This document shows positions 1 through 10,439 of a DNA stretch of 64,000 nucleotides, piece after piece. The notes under the pieces were generated by a model, which was not told the origin of the DNA, ran no database searches, and was given only the letters and a program-made list of their open reading frames with translations. Within the stretch, counting starts at the first letter, position 1. The number at the start of each line of letters is the position of its first letter. Origin of the DNA: an uncultured Gaiellaceae bacterium (GTDB lineage: Bacteria; Actinomycetota; Thermoleophilia; Gaiellales; Gaiellaceae); contig CAWBBO010000008.1 in NCBI GenBank assembly GCA_963787085.1, positions 11,146-75,145 of the forward strand. Reading direction: 5' to 3'. Both the position numbers and the translations under genes were made by a program.

Positions 1-180
1 ATACGTGAACCAGAGGTCAAGAAATATGCTAATCATCTCATATCGGCCAGTGTGTTGATCTGATCATTGCAAAACGTCCAACAGTAATTGTACGGGAGCG
101 CGGGAGCCAGTGCTTTGATTGATGCCAAACTCACACGCGCCCCCGTGAATACGATGTTCGGCAACTATGAGGAAATTTCT

Positions 181-525
181 ATGAAACTGAATCATATCCA
201 TCTGATGGTCACGGATGTGCGGGCGGCCAGCACATTTTTGGAGAAGTATTTTGACCTGCAAAACAGTGGCGGGAATGACGGGCTGACCGTTCTGTTGGAC
301 GATGACGGGTTGGTATTGACCTTGATGAAAATCGGCAGGACGAGCAATACCAAGTATCCCGATAATTTTCATATCGGGTTCTTTGTGGAGAGCGAAGCCA
401 AGGTGGACAACATCAATCGCCGCCTCAAAGAAGATGGGTATGAGGTTTCGCCGCCGGAGCGGCACCATGCATATTCGTTTTATGTCAGCGCTCCCGGCGG
501 GTTTACGGTTGAAATCGGGGCCTGA
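181..525 (+). CDS. VOC/glyoxalase family protein
   Basis: MKLNHIHLMVTDV...FHIGF...FYVSAPGGFTVEI matches the VOC pattern; GAGGA RBS before ATG 181. Confidence 0.85.
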   Translation: MKLNHIHLMVTDVRAASTFLEKYFDLQNSGGNDGLTVLLDDDGLVLTLMKIGRTSNTKYPDNFHIGFFVESEAKVDNINRRLKEDGYEVSPPERHHAYSFYVSAPGGFTVEIGA

Positions 526-555
526 CGTACTCTACAGTCGCGCAACAAGAAAGAA

Positions 556-1078
556 ATGGAAGACTTCACGATTGCTTTCGGTACTCATAACGACAGCCAG
601 GCGTTGTATGGCGCTGTATCGAACAGTTGCGGCGGTCGAAGGCGGGCTGGCGCGGACAGCAGAGGAAATCACCGCAGACTATGTCAGCCACTTTGTACAG
701 AAGTCCCTTGCACGCGGGGTTTTTCTGGTTGCGCGGCAGCCGGACACGCAAGAGATCATCGGAGAAATTCATGCGTATGATCTTGGCCCCAAGGTCTTCG
801 CGCATGTGCTCGGCGAATTGACGATTGCCGTCCATCCGCGCCATCAGGGGCGCGGCGTTGGCAAGGCGCTCTTTACTGCTTTTCTGCACCACGTCTCCAC
901 TGAACGACCAGACATACTGCGCGTGGAACTGATCGCCAGAGAGAGCAATCAAAAGGCGATTGCGTTCTATCAGAAACTCGGCTTTCGCATTGAAGGCAAA
1001 TTCGCGGGACGGATTCGCAGCGTGCAGGGTGGCTATGAAGCCGATATTCCGATGGCCTGGCAGCGCACAGCGGCCTGA
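556..1078 (+). CDS. GNAT N-acetyltransferase (frameshift near 605)
   Basis: AVHPRHQGRGVGKAL acetyl-CoA motif and N..AIAFYQKLGF; the N-terminus MEDFTIAFG lies in another frame. Confidence 0.85.
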
Positions 1079-1129
1079 CCGAATTCCGCCAATCATCATT
1101 GTTATACTCACTATTTCAGGAGAATCACC

Positions 1130-3223
1130 ATGCTCAAACGAACAGCTTTCATCGCTCGACTTCTGCTTTGCACACTTGTGCTGACAGGCATCGCATTGGC
1201 GCAAACCGCCAAACGCCCGCTCAAACTTGACGACCTGCCCCACTTGCGCGAAGTGCGCGATCCGCAATTTTCGCCCGACGGACAATGCGGTCGCGTATGT
1301 TGTTTCCGCCATTGATGTCAAAGAAGACAAGAGCGCCGCGCACATCTGGATGGTCGGTTATGACGGCAAAGGCGAACGCCAAATTACCGCCGGACAGGAA
1401 AGCGAATCGTCGCCGCGCTGGAGTCCTGACGGCAAATATCTTGTCGTTCACTTCGTCGCGCAAAGGCCCGGCGAAAGGCAGTCAGGTTTGGCTGTTGGAT
1501 CGCAGTGGCGGCGAAGCCGTTCAATTGACCGATGTGAAAGGCCGTTTGCAGAGCTACGAATGGTCGCCCGATTCCAAACGGCTGGCGTTGGTCATTGGCG
1601 ATCCTGATCCCGAAGCCGAAGCCAACGCCGCAGCCGCAGAATGCCGGCGGCAAACCAAAACCGCCGAAGCCAATCGTGCTGGATCGGTACAAATTCAAAC
1701 AGGATGGTCAAGGCTACTTGCTTTCAGGGCGCCACAGTTACGTTTACCTGTTTGACATCGCGACCAAAAAGCTCGACCGATTGACGACCGGCAAAGTGAT
1801 GAATCTGGCGCCGTCGTGGTCGCCGGACGGCACGCGCATCGCTTTCTCAGCAATCACAACGCCGACCCGGATCGGGAACCTTCGACGGCCAGATTGTTTG
1901 TTGCGGAAGCCAAAGCCAGTGCGACGGAAAAGCCGCTGACACCGCCACCAATCGCGTCGGACGTGGCGCGCTTGGAATGGAGTCCTGACGGCAAATGGAT
2001 CGCGTTTCTGGAAGGCGACGAGAAGAAATGGGGCGCTTACAACATGAGATCATCTGACGATCGTGGCCACCGATGGCAGCAGCGCTCCAACCCGACTGCC
2101 AACGGTTGAAGCGCTTGGATCGCGGCGTTTCTCGCCCGCGATTCAGCGCCGACGGCAAATCCATTCGCTTCACCGTCACCGACAATCGTTCGGTTTATCC
2201 GGCGCAAGTCAATCTGGCGAGCGGCAAAGTTGAAAAACTGATGCACGCCGCCAATTGTCGTTATCGAGTTGGGATTCGGTGGGCAATGCGTTCCATCGTG
2301 CTGTCGGGCGGCAACACCAAATACACCGAAATTTACGCTTTGAAAACGGACGCTGCGCCAGACTCACACATCACAACGATGCGCTGTTTGCGCGAACTTG
2401 ATCTCGGCCAAACCGAAGAAGTCAGCTTCAAGAGCAAAGACGGAACGGACGTTTACGGCTTGCTGACCTATCCGGTCGGTTATGTCAAAGGAACCAAAGT
2501 TCCGCTGCTGCTGCGCATTCACGGCGGGCCGAATGGACAGGATCAACATTCGTTCAGCTTCGAACGGCAGTTGTTCGCCGCCAATGGTTATGCGGTGTTG
2601 GCGGTCAACTATCGCGGCAGTTCAGGACGCGGACAGAAATTTTCGCGCGCGATCTTTGCCGATTGGGGACATTACGAAGTCGAAGATTTGCACGCAGGCG
2701 TTGATCACGTCGTCAAAATGGGCGTCGCCGATCCTGACCGATTGGGCGTCGGCGGCTGGAGCTACGGCGGCATTTTGACCGATTACCTGATCGCCAGCGA
2801 CACGCGCTTCAAGGCGGCAACGAGCGGCGCGGGCACGGCTTTCACGGTTTCGTATTACGGCACCGATCATTACATCATCTCAGTACGACAACGAAATCGG
2901 CCCGCCCTGGAATCCGAAATCGTGGGAGACTTATCAAAAGCTGTCCTATCCATTCCTGCACGCCGACCGCATCAAAACGCCGACGCTGTTTTTGGGCGGC
3001 GAGAAGGATTTCAACGTGCCGATTTCAGGCAGCGAGCAGATGTATCAAGCCTTGCGCAGCCTCGGCATTGAAACGCAACTCGTCATTTATCCGAACGAAA
3101 ATCACGGCATTCAGCGCGCCGAGTTATGTGCGCGACCGTTATGAACGTTATCTGGCGTGGTACGAGAAGTATTTGAAGAAAGCGACGAACGCTGCGAGCA
3201 GTGCTGCTGGCAGTGGCAAATAA
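1130..3223 (+). CDS. S9 family (dipeptidyl/acylaminoacyl) peptidase with PD40 beta-propeller, several frameshifts
   Basis: Signal peptide, repeated WSPDG motifs, IHGGP, NYRGSSG, catalytic GWSYGG, C-terminal YPNENHGI; pieces spread over ORFs 1130-3071. Confidence 0.9.
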
Positions 3224-3237
3224 ACTGTGAGCGAGCG

Positions 3238-3741
3238 ATGAGCGAAGACAAGCGATACGAGCGCACAATGAGGCGCGCCTTCAACTTGCTGTCAGCCAAG
3301 CCGCGCAGCTTGGCTGAGTTGCGTGAACGGTTGTTGGAAAAGGAATGGGCAGACGCCGAAGTCGTGGATCGCGCCATCGCTCGCTTGCAAGAGCTTGGGT
3401 ATCTGAATGACCAACAATATGCCGAGCAGTTTGCGAATTCGCGGTTGACGGTGAAGCCGATTGGGCGTTCGCGTCTGCGGCGGGACCTGCAGCGGAAAAA
3501 AATCTCTTCCGCAGACACTGATCAGGCACTGGCTGAGGTTTACACCGAAGAGCGCGAGGACGAATTGATTGAGAAGGCGATTGCCAAACGCCTGCGCCTG
3601 CGCGGCAAACCCACGACGCGCGAGGAGAGTAAAAAGCTCTTTGATTATTTGCTGCGGCTTGGCTTTGGTTACGAGCTTGTGATACGAAAGGTGCGTGAGG
3701 CGGGCAAAGTGGATGAGTTTGAGGACGATCAAGAAATGTAG
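3238..3741 (+). CDS. recX: Regulatory protein RecX
   Basis: AFNLLSAKPRSLAELRERL, LGYLNDQQYAEQF, KKLFDYLLRLGFGY. Confidence 0.9.
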   Translation: MSEDKRYERTMRRAFNLLSAKPRSLAELRERLLEKEWADAEVVDRAIARLQELGYLNDQQYAEQFANSRLTVKPIGRSRLRRDLQRKKISSADTDQALAEVYTEEREDELIEKAIAKRLRLRGKPTTREESKKLFDYLLRLGFGYELVIRKVREAGKVDEFEDDQEM

Positions 3742-3750
3742 GAATGAATT

Positions 3751-4762
3751 ATGCTGACTTCGTTGCACATCAAAAACTTTCGTGGGTTTCGAGGATTTGA
3801 CGATCCAGCCTTTGGCGCGGGTGAATCTGATCGCTGGGAAAAACAATGTTGGGAAGACGGGTGTTTTAGAGGCATTACTTTTATTATTCAATAACTCGGA
3901 TCGTCTACCGTTTACCGTTCTATGCCCTCGGTTTTTCGGGCAGGGCAACCATCAAGTGACGACTTTCAAAACTACTGGAGTTGGCTAAATTATAATAAAG
4001 ACCCTGAAAACCTAATCGAAGTTACGGCCTATATAGATTTACTTAACTACTTTCAGGTGAGTTCAAAGTGAAGCAGTTAGTGAAGGCGGAAAAGGGCGAG
4101 TTGAATTTGGGCTATTACGTAATGAAGATGGTGAAGGGTGGTTTTTCGATAGATAGTCAAGGTGGAGGGAATATGTCATTCCCTAAAAATGATTGGATAG
4201 AATGGATGTCTGCCAGTGTGTTTTCTACGAAGTACTCATTACCTGAAGAAGACGCTGATATTCTCAATACAATCATCCTGAAAAAGAAAAAGAAGAACCT
4301 CATTGATCAACTTAAATTAATAGACTCGTCTATTGACGATATTCAATATCTGAAGATAGGAAAGCAGCCGTTAGTTTATGTAGATTATAAAGGTTTGATG
4401 GAGTTGATACCTCTAACTCAACTGGGTCAAGGAATCTCACGACTCTTTCGATTCTATTCTGAAATGCTATTGGCCGAATCCAAAATTATTCTGATAGATG
4501 AGATTGAGAATGGTATTCATCACAGTGCCTTATCGCTTGTCTGGAAAGGCCTAGCGGAAATTGCGAGAAAAGAAGAGTTCGGTCCGCGACGACCCACAGT
4601 TACGAATGTATCGCCATCGCGCAAGAGACGTTTGCGCAAGCTCCCGAAAATGATTTCGCGCTTCATCGTCTGGAGAAAACCTCATCGGGTGATATTCGCG
4701 CCATTACCTATGATCGTGAATCATTAAGCACTTCGCTTGAGCTTGACTGGGAGGTACGTTGA
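3751..4762 (+). CDS. AAA_15/AAA_21-type ABC ATPase (frameshifted)
   Basis: [13 protein letters not shown]..., Walker A GKNNVGKT, signature LGQG, Walker [13 protein letters not shown]; stop overlaps the next ATG (TGATG); locally AT-rich. Confidence 0.8.
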
Positions 4763-5408
4763 TGGCTGGAAACTTAGAGGAAATCCGCCAGCTAAAACTA
4801 TTGCTGGGTGAAGGGCCAGAAGATGTCTTATTTTTCAAATCGCTTCTTATGCATCTGGATATTTCGGGCATCCAGGTTGAGCACTATGGCGGAAAAGACA
4901 ATCTTCACGCGGCGCTTAAAGCTCTATCAAAAAGACCGGGGTTCGCTTCAGTTAAGAGCTTGGCCATTACGCGCGATGCTGATTTTGTCCCACTTACAGG
5001 CGCGGCCCAAGCTGCTTTTCAGAGTGTTTGCAGTGGGCTGAAAAATGCGGGATTGCCAGTGCCAACGAACCTGGAAGAAAAGGTTGCTGGCTTGCCAGAA
5101 GTTTGTATTTTCATTTTGCCGGATTGTCGAGGTGATGGGATGCTTGAAGATTTGTGCCTCGCCTCGTTAGTTGCAAGTAGCCCAGCGCAACATCAATCAG
5201 AGATGAAGTGTATTGAGACGTATTTGATGGTGGCGCAGCTTGCCGGGCGCAAGCAGGAACGTCATCGGACAGCAAAAGCTTACGTTCAAGCTTGGCTGGC
5301 CACCCAGTCGGAGAGCGATAAAAAACTGGGCGAAGCTTAGCGCATCGGGTTACCTCGATTGGGAAAGTCTGCTTTCGATCAACTGAAACGATTCATGCTC
5401 GTTCTAAC
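4762..5408 (+). CDS. DUF3226-like TOPRIM-fold protein (3' end frameshifted)
   Basis: LLGEGPED, RDAD, FILPD..GMLEDLCL, KAYVQAWLA motifs; translationally coupled to the ATPase. Confidence 0.7.
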
Positions 5409-6150
5409 CCAACCAATCGCGGCAACGCCTTGCCAATCTCTTCCCGCACCACCAAATCTGCTACGTCATCTAACGGCGTCGGCGTCGCGATTGATGATGA
5501 TGAGTTTTGCGCCGCTCGCTTTGGCTAAGGCGGGCAGGGAAGCTGCCGGATGCACGACGAGTGATGATCCGACAGCGATGAATACTTCGCAATTCTCACT
5601 GGCTTCGTAGGCACGTTGCATCTTGCGCTCTGGCATCGCCTGACCGAAGGAAACGGTAGCTGGTTTCAAATAGCCGCCGCATTTTTCGCACTCTGGCGCA
5701 AGCTCGCCCGCTGCGACCCGCGCCACAGCATCATCCATTGAAATCTGCGTGCCGCACGACAAACATTCGGCGTGCAACATCGTGCCGTGCAATTCGATGA
5801 CGTTCTTCGGATCGTGTCCGGCGCGTTGATGCATCCCGTCAATGTTTTGCGTAATCATCGCCAGCAGTTGGCCGCGCTGCTCTAATTCGACAAACGCAAG
5901 ATGTCCCGCATTGGGTTGGGCGTCGCGCATTTCGGGCCAGGCGATGGCTTTTTGCCGCCACGCTTCGATGCGTCCGGCGCGGCTACTGATGAATTCCTGA
6001 TAGTCAATCATGTCGATTGTTTGCCCAGACGCCGCCGGGGCTGCGAAAGTCCGGGATGCCGGATTCGGTGGAAATTCCTGCGCCCGTGAATCCGACAATG
6101 CGGCTGGCTGGCGCGATCAATGCGATGGCTTCTGTAAAGGTTAGTGACAT
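5400..6150 (-). CDS. cobB: NAD-dependent protein deacylase (sirtuin), frameshifted
   Basis: [20 protein letters not shown] read from 6150; [17 protein letters not shown], two Cxx[12 protein letters not shown]. Confidence 0.9.
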
Positions 6151-6307
6151 GTTCTTGACCAGATTGTAAGAGAGCCGCAATACGTCAGAGCAAAGTGACG
6201 CAGTGTGGCAGTTTTAATTTGACGAACGTGACCGAAGATATGGCAAGACGCGAGCAAAGCCCTGATTTTACTGTGTTTCGTGCGTTGTGACGACTTGGTC
6301 TTTTTCG

Positions 6308-6323
6308 TGGCACGCGACTCGCT
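6308..6323 (+). promoter_or_regulatory. Putative sigma54 -24/-12 promoter
   Basis: TGGCACGCGACTCGCT: GG-N10-GC spacing, one mismatch to TGGCACG-N4-TTGCW. Confidence 0.55.
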
Positions 6324-6333
6324 TTCTATCTTA

Positions 6334-6420
6334 GCGTAACAAGGATGCCTGGTGACTGTCGCCGTAGTTTTAGTTGGGTTGTTCGGCGGTGACAGTCCGG
6401 GGCCACCAGGCATCCTGTTT
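6334..6420 (+). ncRNA. Putative hairpin small RNA
   Basis: Perfect 13-bp stem 6342-6354/6404-6416, inner 11-bp stem 6354-6364/6387-6397, U/G-rich loop; begins about 12 nt after the sigma54-like motif. Confidence 0.4.
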
Positions 6421-6652
6421 CATCCCACTCCCATCATTTACCGCTGATTTCTTCATTCCACCACGCCTCCAACAGGCAGCCCGAAGAAATCACAAACAGC
6501 GGCGACCGCACTAAAAACCAAAAATCCCGCACAAAAAATTGCCTACCAACTCGCCTACCAACTTTCCCACCGTCCAGGTTTAAGCATTTGATTATCTAAT
6601 AGAAAAAAGCAATCAGATTTTCCTGATATAAGAATCGTTCGCTCGCTTTCGC

Positions 6653-6755
6653 GTCCGACAAACTTCAGTTTGTCGAAGCCCTCTTCGCTTGCAAACTGCA
6701 CGACAAGTCGAAGTCTTTCGCTTGCCAGCGCACGACAAACTGAAGTTTGTCGGAC
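6653..6755. repeat. REP doublet (REPIN-like)
   Basis: GTCCGACAAACTTCAGTTTGTCG (6653-6675) and its exact reverse complement (6733-6755); each copy is itself palindromic. Confidence 0.8.
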
Positions 6756-6917
6756 TTTCGCTTAACTTAATCCCGCCTGCTGGCGGTTTCTACCTTACTG
6801 ACTTTGATGGTACTGAGGATGACTTGTGGCAGTCAACCGGCCAATGCTACACTGCGCCCCCTGCGAAACGCATAAATCACAATTTCCACAAACAAGAAAG
6901 AAGGTAGAGAAAAGGCA

Positions 6918-7859
6918 ATGCAAAGACGACAGCTTGGCAACAGCGATCTGCAAATCACCCCCGTTGGAATTGGGGCTTGGGCAATGGGCGGCGGCGATTG
7001 GGCGTTTGCCTGGGGCGCGCAAGACGATCAGGATTCGATCAACGCAATTCACGCCGCGCTGGATGCAGGCATGAATTGGATCGATACCGCGATGGTTTAT
7101 GGACACGGGCATTCGGAACAAGTTGTCGGACGCGCTATCGCGGGCAGGAGCAGCAAGCCGTATGTCTTTACAAAATGCTCACGCAAGCGCGCGGAAGATG
7201 GATCGTTGTACGGTTGTCTAAAAGCGGATTCGATTCGCGCTGAGTGCGAACAGAGCCTGCGCAACCTGAATGTCGAAACGATTGATCTTTATCAAATCCA
7301 TTGGCCGATTCCGGTCGAAGACATCGAAGAGGGTTGGGAGGCAGTGGCGAAACTGCAAGCCGAAGGCAAAGTGCGCTGGATTGGCGTCTCGAATTTCAAT
7401 GCGGAGCAGATGCAGCGCGTGCAGCCGATTGCACCAATCACATCATTGCAACCCCCGTATTCATTGCTGCGCCGCGAGATTGAAGTGAACGAATTACCGT
7501 TTGTCGCCGCAAACAATATCGGTGTGATTGTGTATTCGCCGATGGCGTCGGGATTGTTGAGCGGCAAGATGAGCAAAGAGCGGGTCATGAACTTCCCGGA
7601 AAACGATTGGCGCAGAAGCCGAGATACGTTTCAGGAACCGCAGCTTTCGCGCAATCTGATCTTGGCGGACAAGCTCGCGGAGATTGGCGCACGACACGGA
7701 CGCAGTGCGGGCGAAGTTGCGATTGCCTGGACTTTACGCCGCCCCGAAGTGACGGCTGCGATAGTTGGGATTCGCACGCCTGAACAGGTTGCGGGTGTGA
7801 TTGGTGCGGGCGAATTTCGGTTGAGTCAGGAAGAAATTGCCGAGATTGAAACTAGATGA
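6918..7859 (+). CDS. Aldo/keto reductase
   Basis: IGAWAMGG, WIDTAMVYG, IDLYQIHWP, IGVSNF, YSPMASGLLSG. Confidence 0.95.
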   Translation: MQRRQLGNSDLQITPVGIGAWAMGGGDWAFAWGAQDDQDSINAIHAALDAGMNWIDTAMVYGHGHSEQVVGRAIAGRSSKPYVFTKCSRKRAEDGSLYGCLKADSIRAECEQSLRNLNVETIDLYQIHWPIPVEDIEEGWEAVAKLQAEGKVRWIGVSNFNAEQMQRVQPIAPITSLQPPYSLLRREIEVNELPFVAANNIGVIVYSPMASGLLSGKMSKERVMNFPENDWRRSRDTFQEPQLSRNLILADKLAEIGARHGRSAGEVAIAWTLRRPEVTAAIVGIRTPEQVAGVIGAGEFRLSQEEIAEIETR

Positions 7860-7937
7860 CTCTCACCGTGACGTTCCCGAAAGTCGCATCTGGTACGAAG
7901 TCTCCTCTGTGCTAAAATCAAATTGGAGGTAGTCGAC

Positions 7938-8138
7938 ATGGAAGAAACCGTGAAATTGGAAATGACCAAAGCCGAAGCTGAGCAGTTTCAATCGTTCATC
8001 GCTGACTGTTTGGAAAAGATGCGACAATCCAATCTGCGCATGGATCAGAACGAAGCAGAAATTGCGCAACTGAAAGCAGAAACTCGCGCAATGCTCAATC
8101 AACTCAAGGCGACGCTAAATGTGGAAACAATTTATTGA
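7938..8138 (+). CDS. Small coiled-coil hypothetical protein
   Basis: GGAGGT RBS; heptad-rich 66 aa. Confidence 0.65.
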   Translation: MEETVKLEMTKAEAEQFQSFIADCLEKMRQSNLRMDQNEAEIAQLKAETRAMLNQLKATLNVETIY

Positions 8139-8383
8139 GACGGTCACCAATGTTTTGACGCTGATGCAGCGGATGGAACGTCAGGAAAAAGAGTTCAAAG
8201 ACCTGCGACAGGAAATGAAAAGAAATCATGGCGATTGTGCAGCGGTTGGCTTATGAACAGCAACGCTCTAATGAACGTGAAGCGGATGCGCGACGAATGC
8301 TTTTGTTAGAAGTGGAAAACCAATTACTCAAGGCAAAGCTTCAGTTGCCACCGACAAAGAGCGATAACGACTCGAAGTCCTAA
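8119..8383 (+). CDS. Small coiled-coil hypothetical protein (frameshift at A-run ~8220)
   Basis: MWKQFIETVTNVLTLMQRMERQEKEFKDLRQEMK then EIMAIVQRLAYEQQRSNEREADARRMLLLEVENQLL; overlaps the upstream stop. Confidence 0.55.
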
Positions 8384-8390
8384 CTACGCC

Positions 8391-9404
8391 TTAGCGCAGG
8401 TGGCGATCATAGTTAGAAATCTCGGCCAGTTTTTTTAAGCCTGCACGCGTGCCAATCGCAATCAATAAATCGCCGACTAAGAGGTCTTGATTGCCGTCCG
8501 GGTTGAAGTGCATTTTTCCTTCATGATCGGTGATCGCCACGATCATCACACTGTGTTCGGAGCGGATGCCCGAGTCTTTGATTTTCTTGCCCGCCAATGA
8601 AGAGCCAGGTTCAATCCGAACTTGCTCAAAGAGCAAATCCAGCGATTCGGTCATCGTAGTCAATTCAATGAAATCCGCGACGGCGGGAGACATTGCGGCT
8701 TGTGCCATGCGATGGCTGCCCATCAAAGCGGGCGAGACGACTTTGTTGACCCCGGCGCGCATCATTTGGCGTTCAGCGGCTTGATCGTTGGCGCGTGCGA
8801 CGATGTACAAATCCGGGTTGATGCCGCGCGCGGTCAATGCAATGTACACGTTCTCAGCATCGCTCGAAGCCGCTGCAATCAGGCTGCGCGCGGTTTTCAG
8901 GTTTGCGCCTTCCAACACGGATTCGTCCGTGGCATCGCCCATTAGCACCAATTCGCCCTGCGTCAACAACCGATCCGCAATGACGGGGTCGCGTTCGATG
9001 ATGACGAAATCCACGCCTTTCTTTTTGAATTCGTCAATGATGCGAATGCCGACGCGTCCCGCGCCGCAGATGATGTAGTGATTTTTCAGCTTGCTAATAT
9101 CGCGGAACAATTTGCGCCTCCCGAATGTGGCTGCCAGTTGCGTTTCGACTAAAGCTTGCGTCAGGGTCGTGAAGATAAACCCGGCTGCTGTCACGCCCAG
9201 AACAATCAGCACGATGGTGAAGATGCGCCCGGCGTCGGTCAACGGATGGATTTCGCTATAGCCAATCGTTGCCAGCGTGATGATCGTCATATACAAACTG
9301 TCGAACCAGTGCCAGCCTTCGAGCAAGTGATAGCCCAGCGTCCCGAAAAGGACGATCAGCAACAACGATAGTAACGAAAAGGAAATCCGTTTGAAGTTCA
9401 TCAC
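8391..9404 (-). CDS. Potassium channel protein (2TM pore + TrkA-N/TrkA-C)
   Basis: TLATIGYSE pore helix/filter, ICGAGRVG Rossmann motif, GDAT. Confidence 0.92.
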   Translation of the reverse strand: MMNFKRISFSLLSLLLIVLFGTLGYHLLEGWHWFDSLYMTIITLATIGYSEIHPLTDAGRIFTIVLIVLGVTAAGFIFTTLTQALVETQLAATFGRRKLFRDISKLKNHYIICGAGRVGIRIIDEFKKKGVDFVIIERDPVIADRLLTQGELVLMGDATDESVLEGANLKTARSLIAAASSDAENVYIALTARGINPDLYIVARANDQAAERQMMRAGVNKVVSPALMGSHRMAQAAMSPAVADFIELTTMTESLDLLFEQVRIEPGSSLAGKKIKDSGIRSEHSVMIVAITDHEGKMHFNPDGNQDLLVGDLLIAIGTRAGLKKLAEISNYDRHLR

Positions 9405-9621
9405 AGGCGGTGAACTATAAACTATTTCGCCGAGACAGAAAATAATTCAAATCGTTGCCAGGCTTGAACAATGCCTCTTCCGCAGCTTTTCCGCAGAATT
9501 CCCTCCAGTTTTATGCTGCCAACTTCGCTTTAGCAGGTGAGAACAACCAAGCGGAACAATCGCCCCCAAGCGTGAAGAATCAAGTTAATTGCCGGGATTT
9601 TTGAGATGGATGGATGATGTT

Positions 9622-10413
9622 ATGACTGAATATTCTTTTGCCTCCGCACCCACACTTCCCGAATCGCCGTACGGGCAACTGATTGACCCGCATTTGCTTG
9701 CCTTTGTGTTGACGAACGATGCAGCGCGGGCAGACGAAATTCTGGCGAAGCTGCTCGATCAACACGCTCTGCCGATCATTGCGCGGGTGGTCGGGCGCGG
9801 GTGCGAGACAGAAGGTGTGCGCCGCGCAATCCGGGCCAGAATTCTCGTGTTGTTACGCGAATTCAAAACAGCACCAACGATCAAACCCATCGCCAATTTT
9901 AGCCACTACGTTGCGATGATTGCGACGAATGTCTGCCGCGCGGAATCGTCTCGCCTCACTCCACCGCCGCCTTTTCTGACCGCCAGCGATTCCGTTTGGG
10001 GAACGACATTGCTGGCGATATTTTGGCGTGAAATTGAACGTATGCCGCCGCTGCAACGCCTTGCCTATTTGTTGAATTTTGCCGAGGGCAACATTGAATG
10101 GTTCTGGTTTTACGGCGTCACCTCAATTCGACAAATCGGGAAGACGCTGCAAATCACGAACGAGCAATTCAACCGCCTGTGGGTGTTGTTGGAGTGGAAT
10201 GAAGAACAACGCGAACGCGCGCGATCCCTGGCGAACTACGACGAGAAATTTGCGTTGTTGTGGCAACAATTACCGCTCAACGATTTGACCATCGCGGCGC
10301 TTCTGGCAACGACACAGCAAAACGTTCTCAATTTACGGCAAGCGGCCCGCCAACGATTGCGCCGAACAATGCGCAATGCACTGGCAATCTCGCTGCCCCA
10401 TTCGCATCAATAA
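9622..10413 (+). CDS. ECF sigma-factor-like protein
   Basis: Region-2-like NFSHYVAMIATNVC and C-terminal HTH IAALLATTQQNVLNLRQAARQRL; followed by a zf-HC2 gene. Confidence 0.55.
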   Translation: MTEYSFASAPTLPESPYGQLIDPHLLAFVLTNDAARADEILAKLLDQHALPIIARVVGRGCETEGVRRAIRARILVLLREFKTAPTIKPIANFSHYVAMIATNVCRAESSRLTPPPPFLTASDSVWGTTLLAIFWREIERMPPLQRLAYLLNFAEGNIEWFWFYGVTSIRQIGKTLQITNEQFNRLWVLLEWNEEQRERARSLANYDEKFALLWQQLPLNDLTIAALLATTQQNVLNLRQAARQRLRRTMRNALAISLPHSHQ

Positions 10414-10439
10414 ACAGGAACAGAGAAAGAGAAAAGCGT

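Noticed and set aside
556-6150. Programmed frameshifting or mass pseudogenisation (GNAT, S9 peptidase, ATPase, sirtuin; also hrpB, sucA, ABC-F, ltrA elsewhere)
   Set aside because: Indels are scattered through conserved housekeeping genes in all segments with no slippery-site pattern; consistent with long-read error.
5400-6150. Sirtuin as part of a Sir2-type anti-phage system with the adjacent ATPase
   Set aside because: It is a canonical zinc-binding CobB-like deacylase, convergent with rather than co-transcribed with the ATPase pair, and has host-like composition.
6334-6420. tRNA, SRP or 6S RNA identity for the hairpin
   Set aside because: No cloverleaf or T-loop, no SRP GGAA/AGCAG domain IV motif, and too short for 6S.
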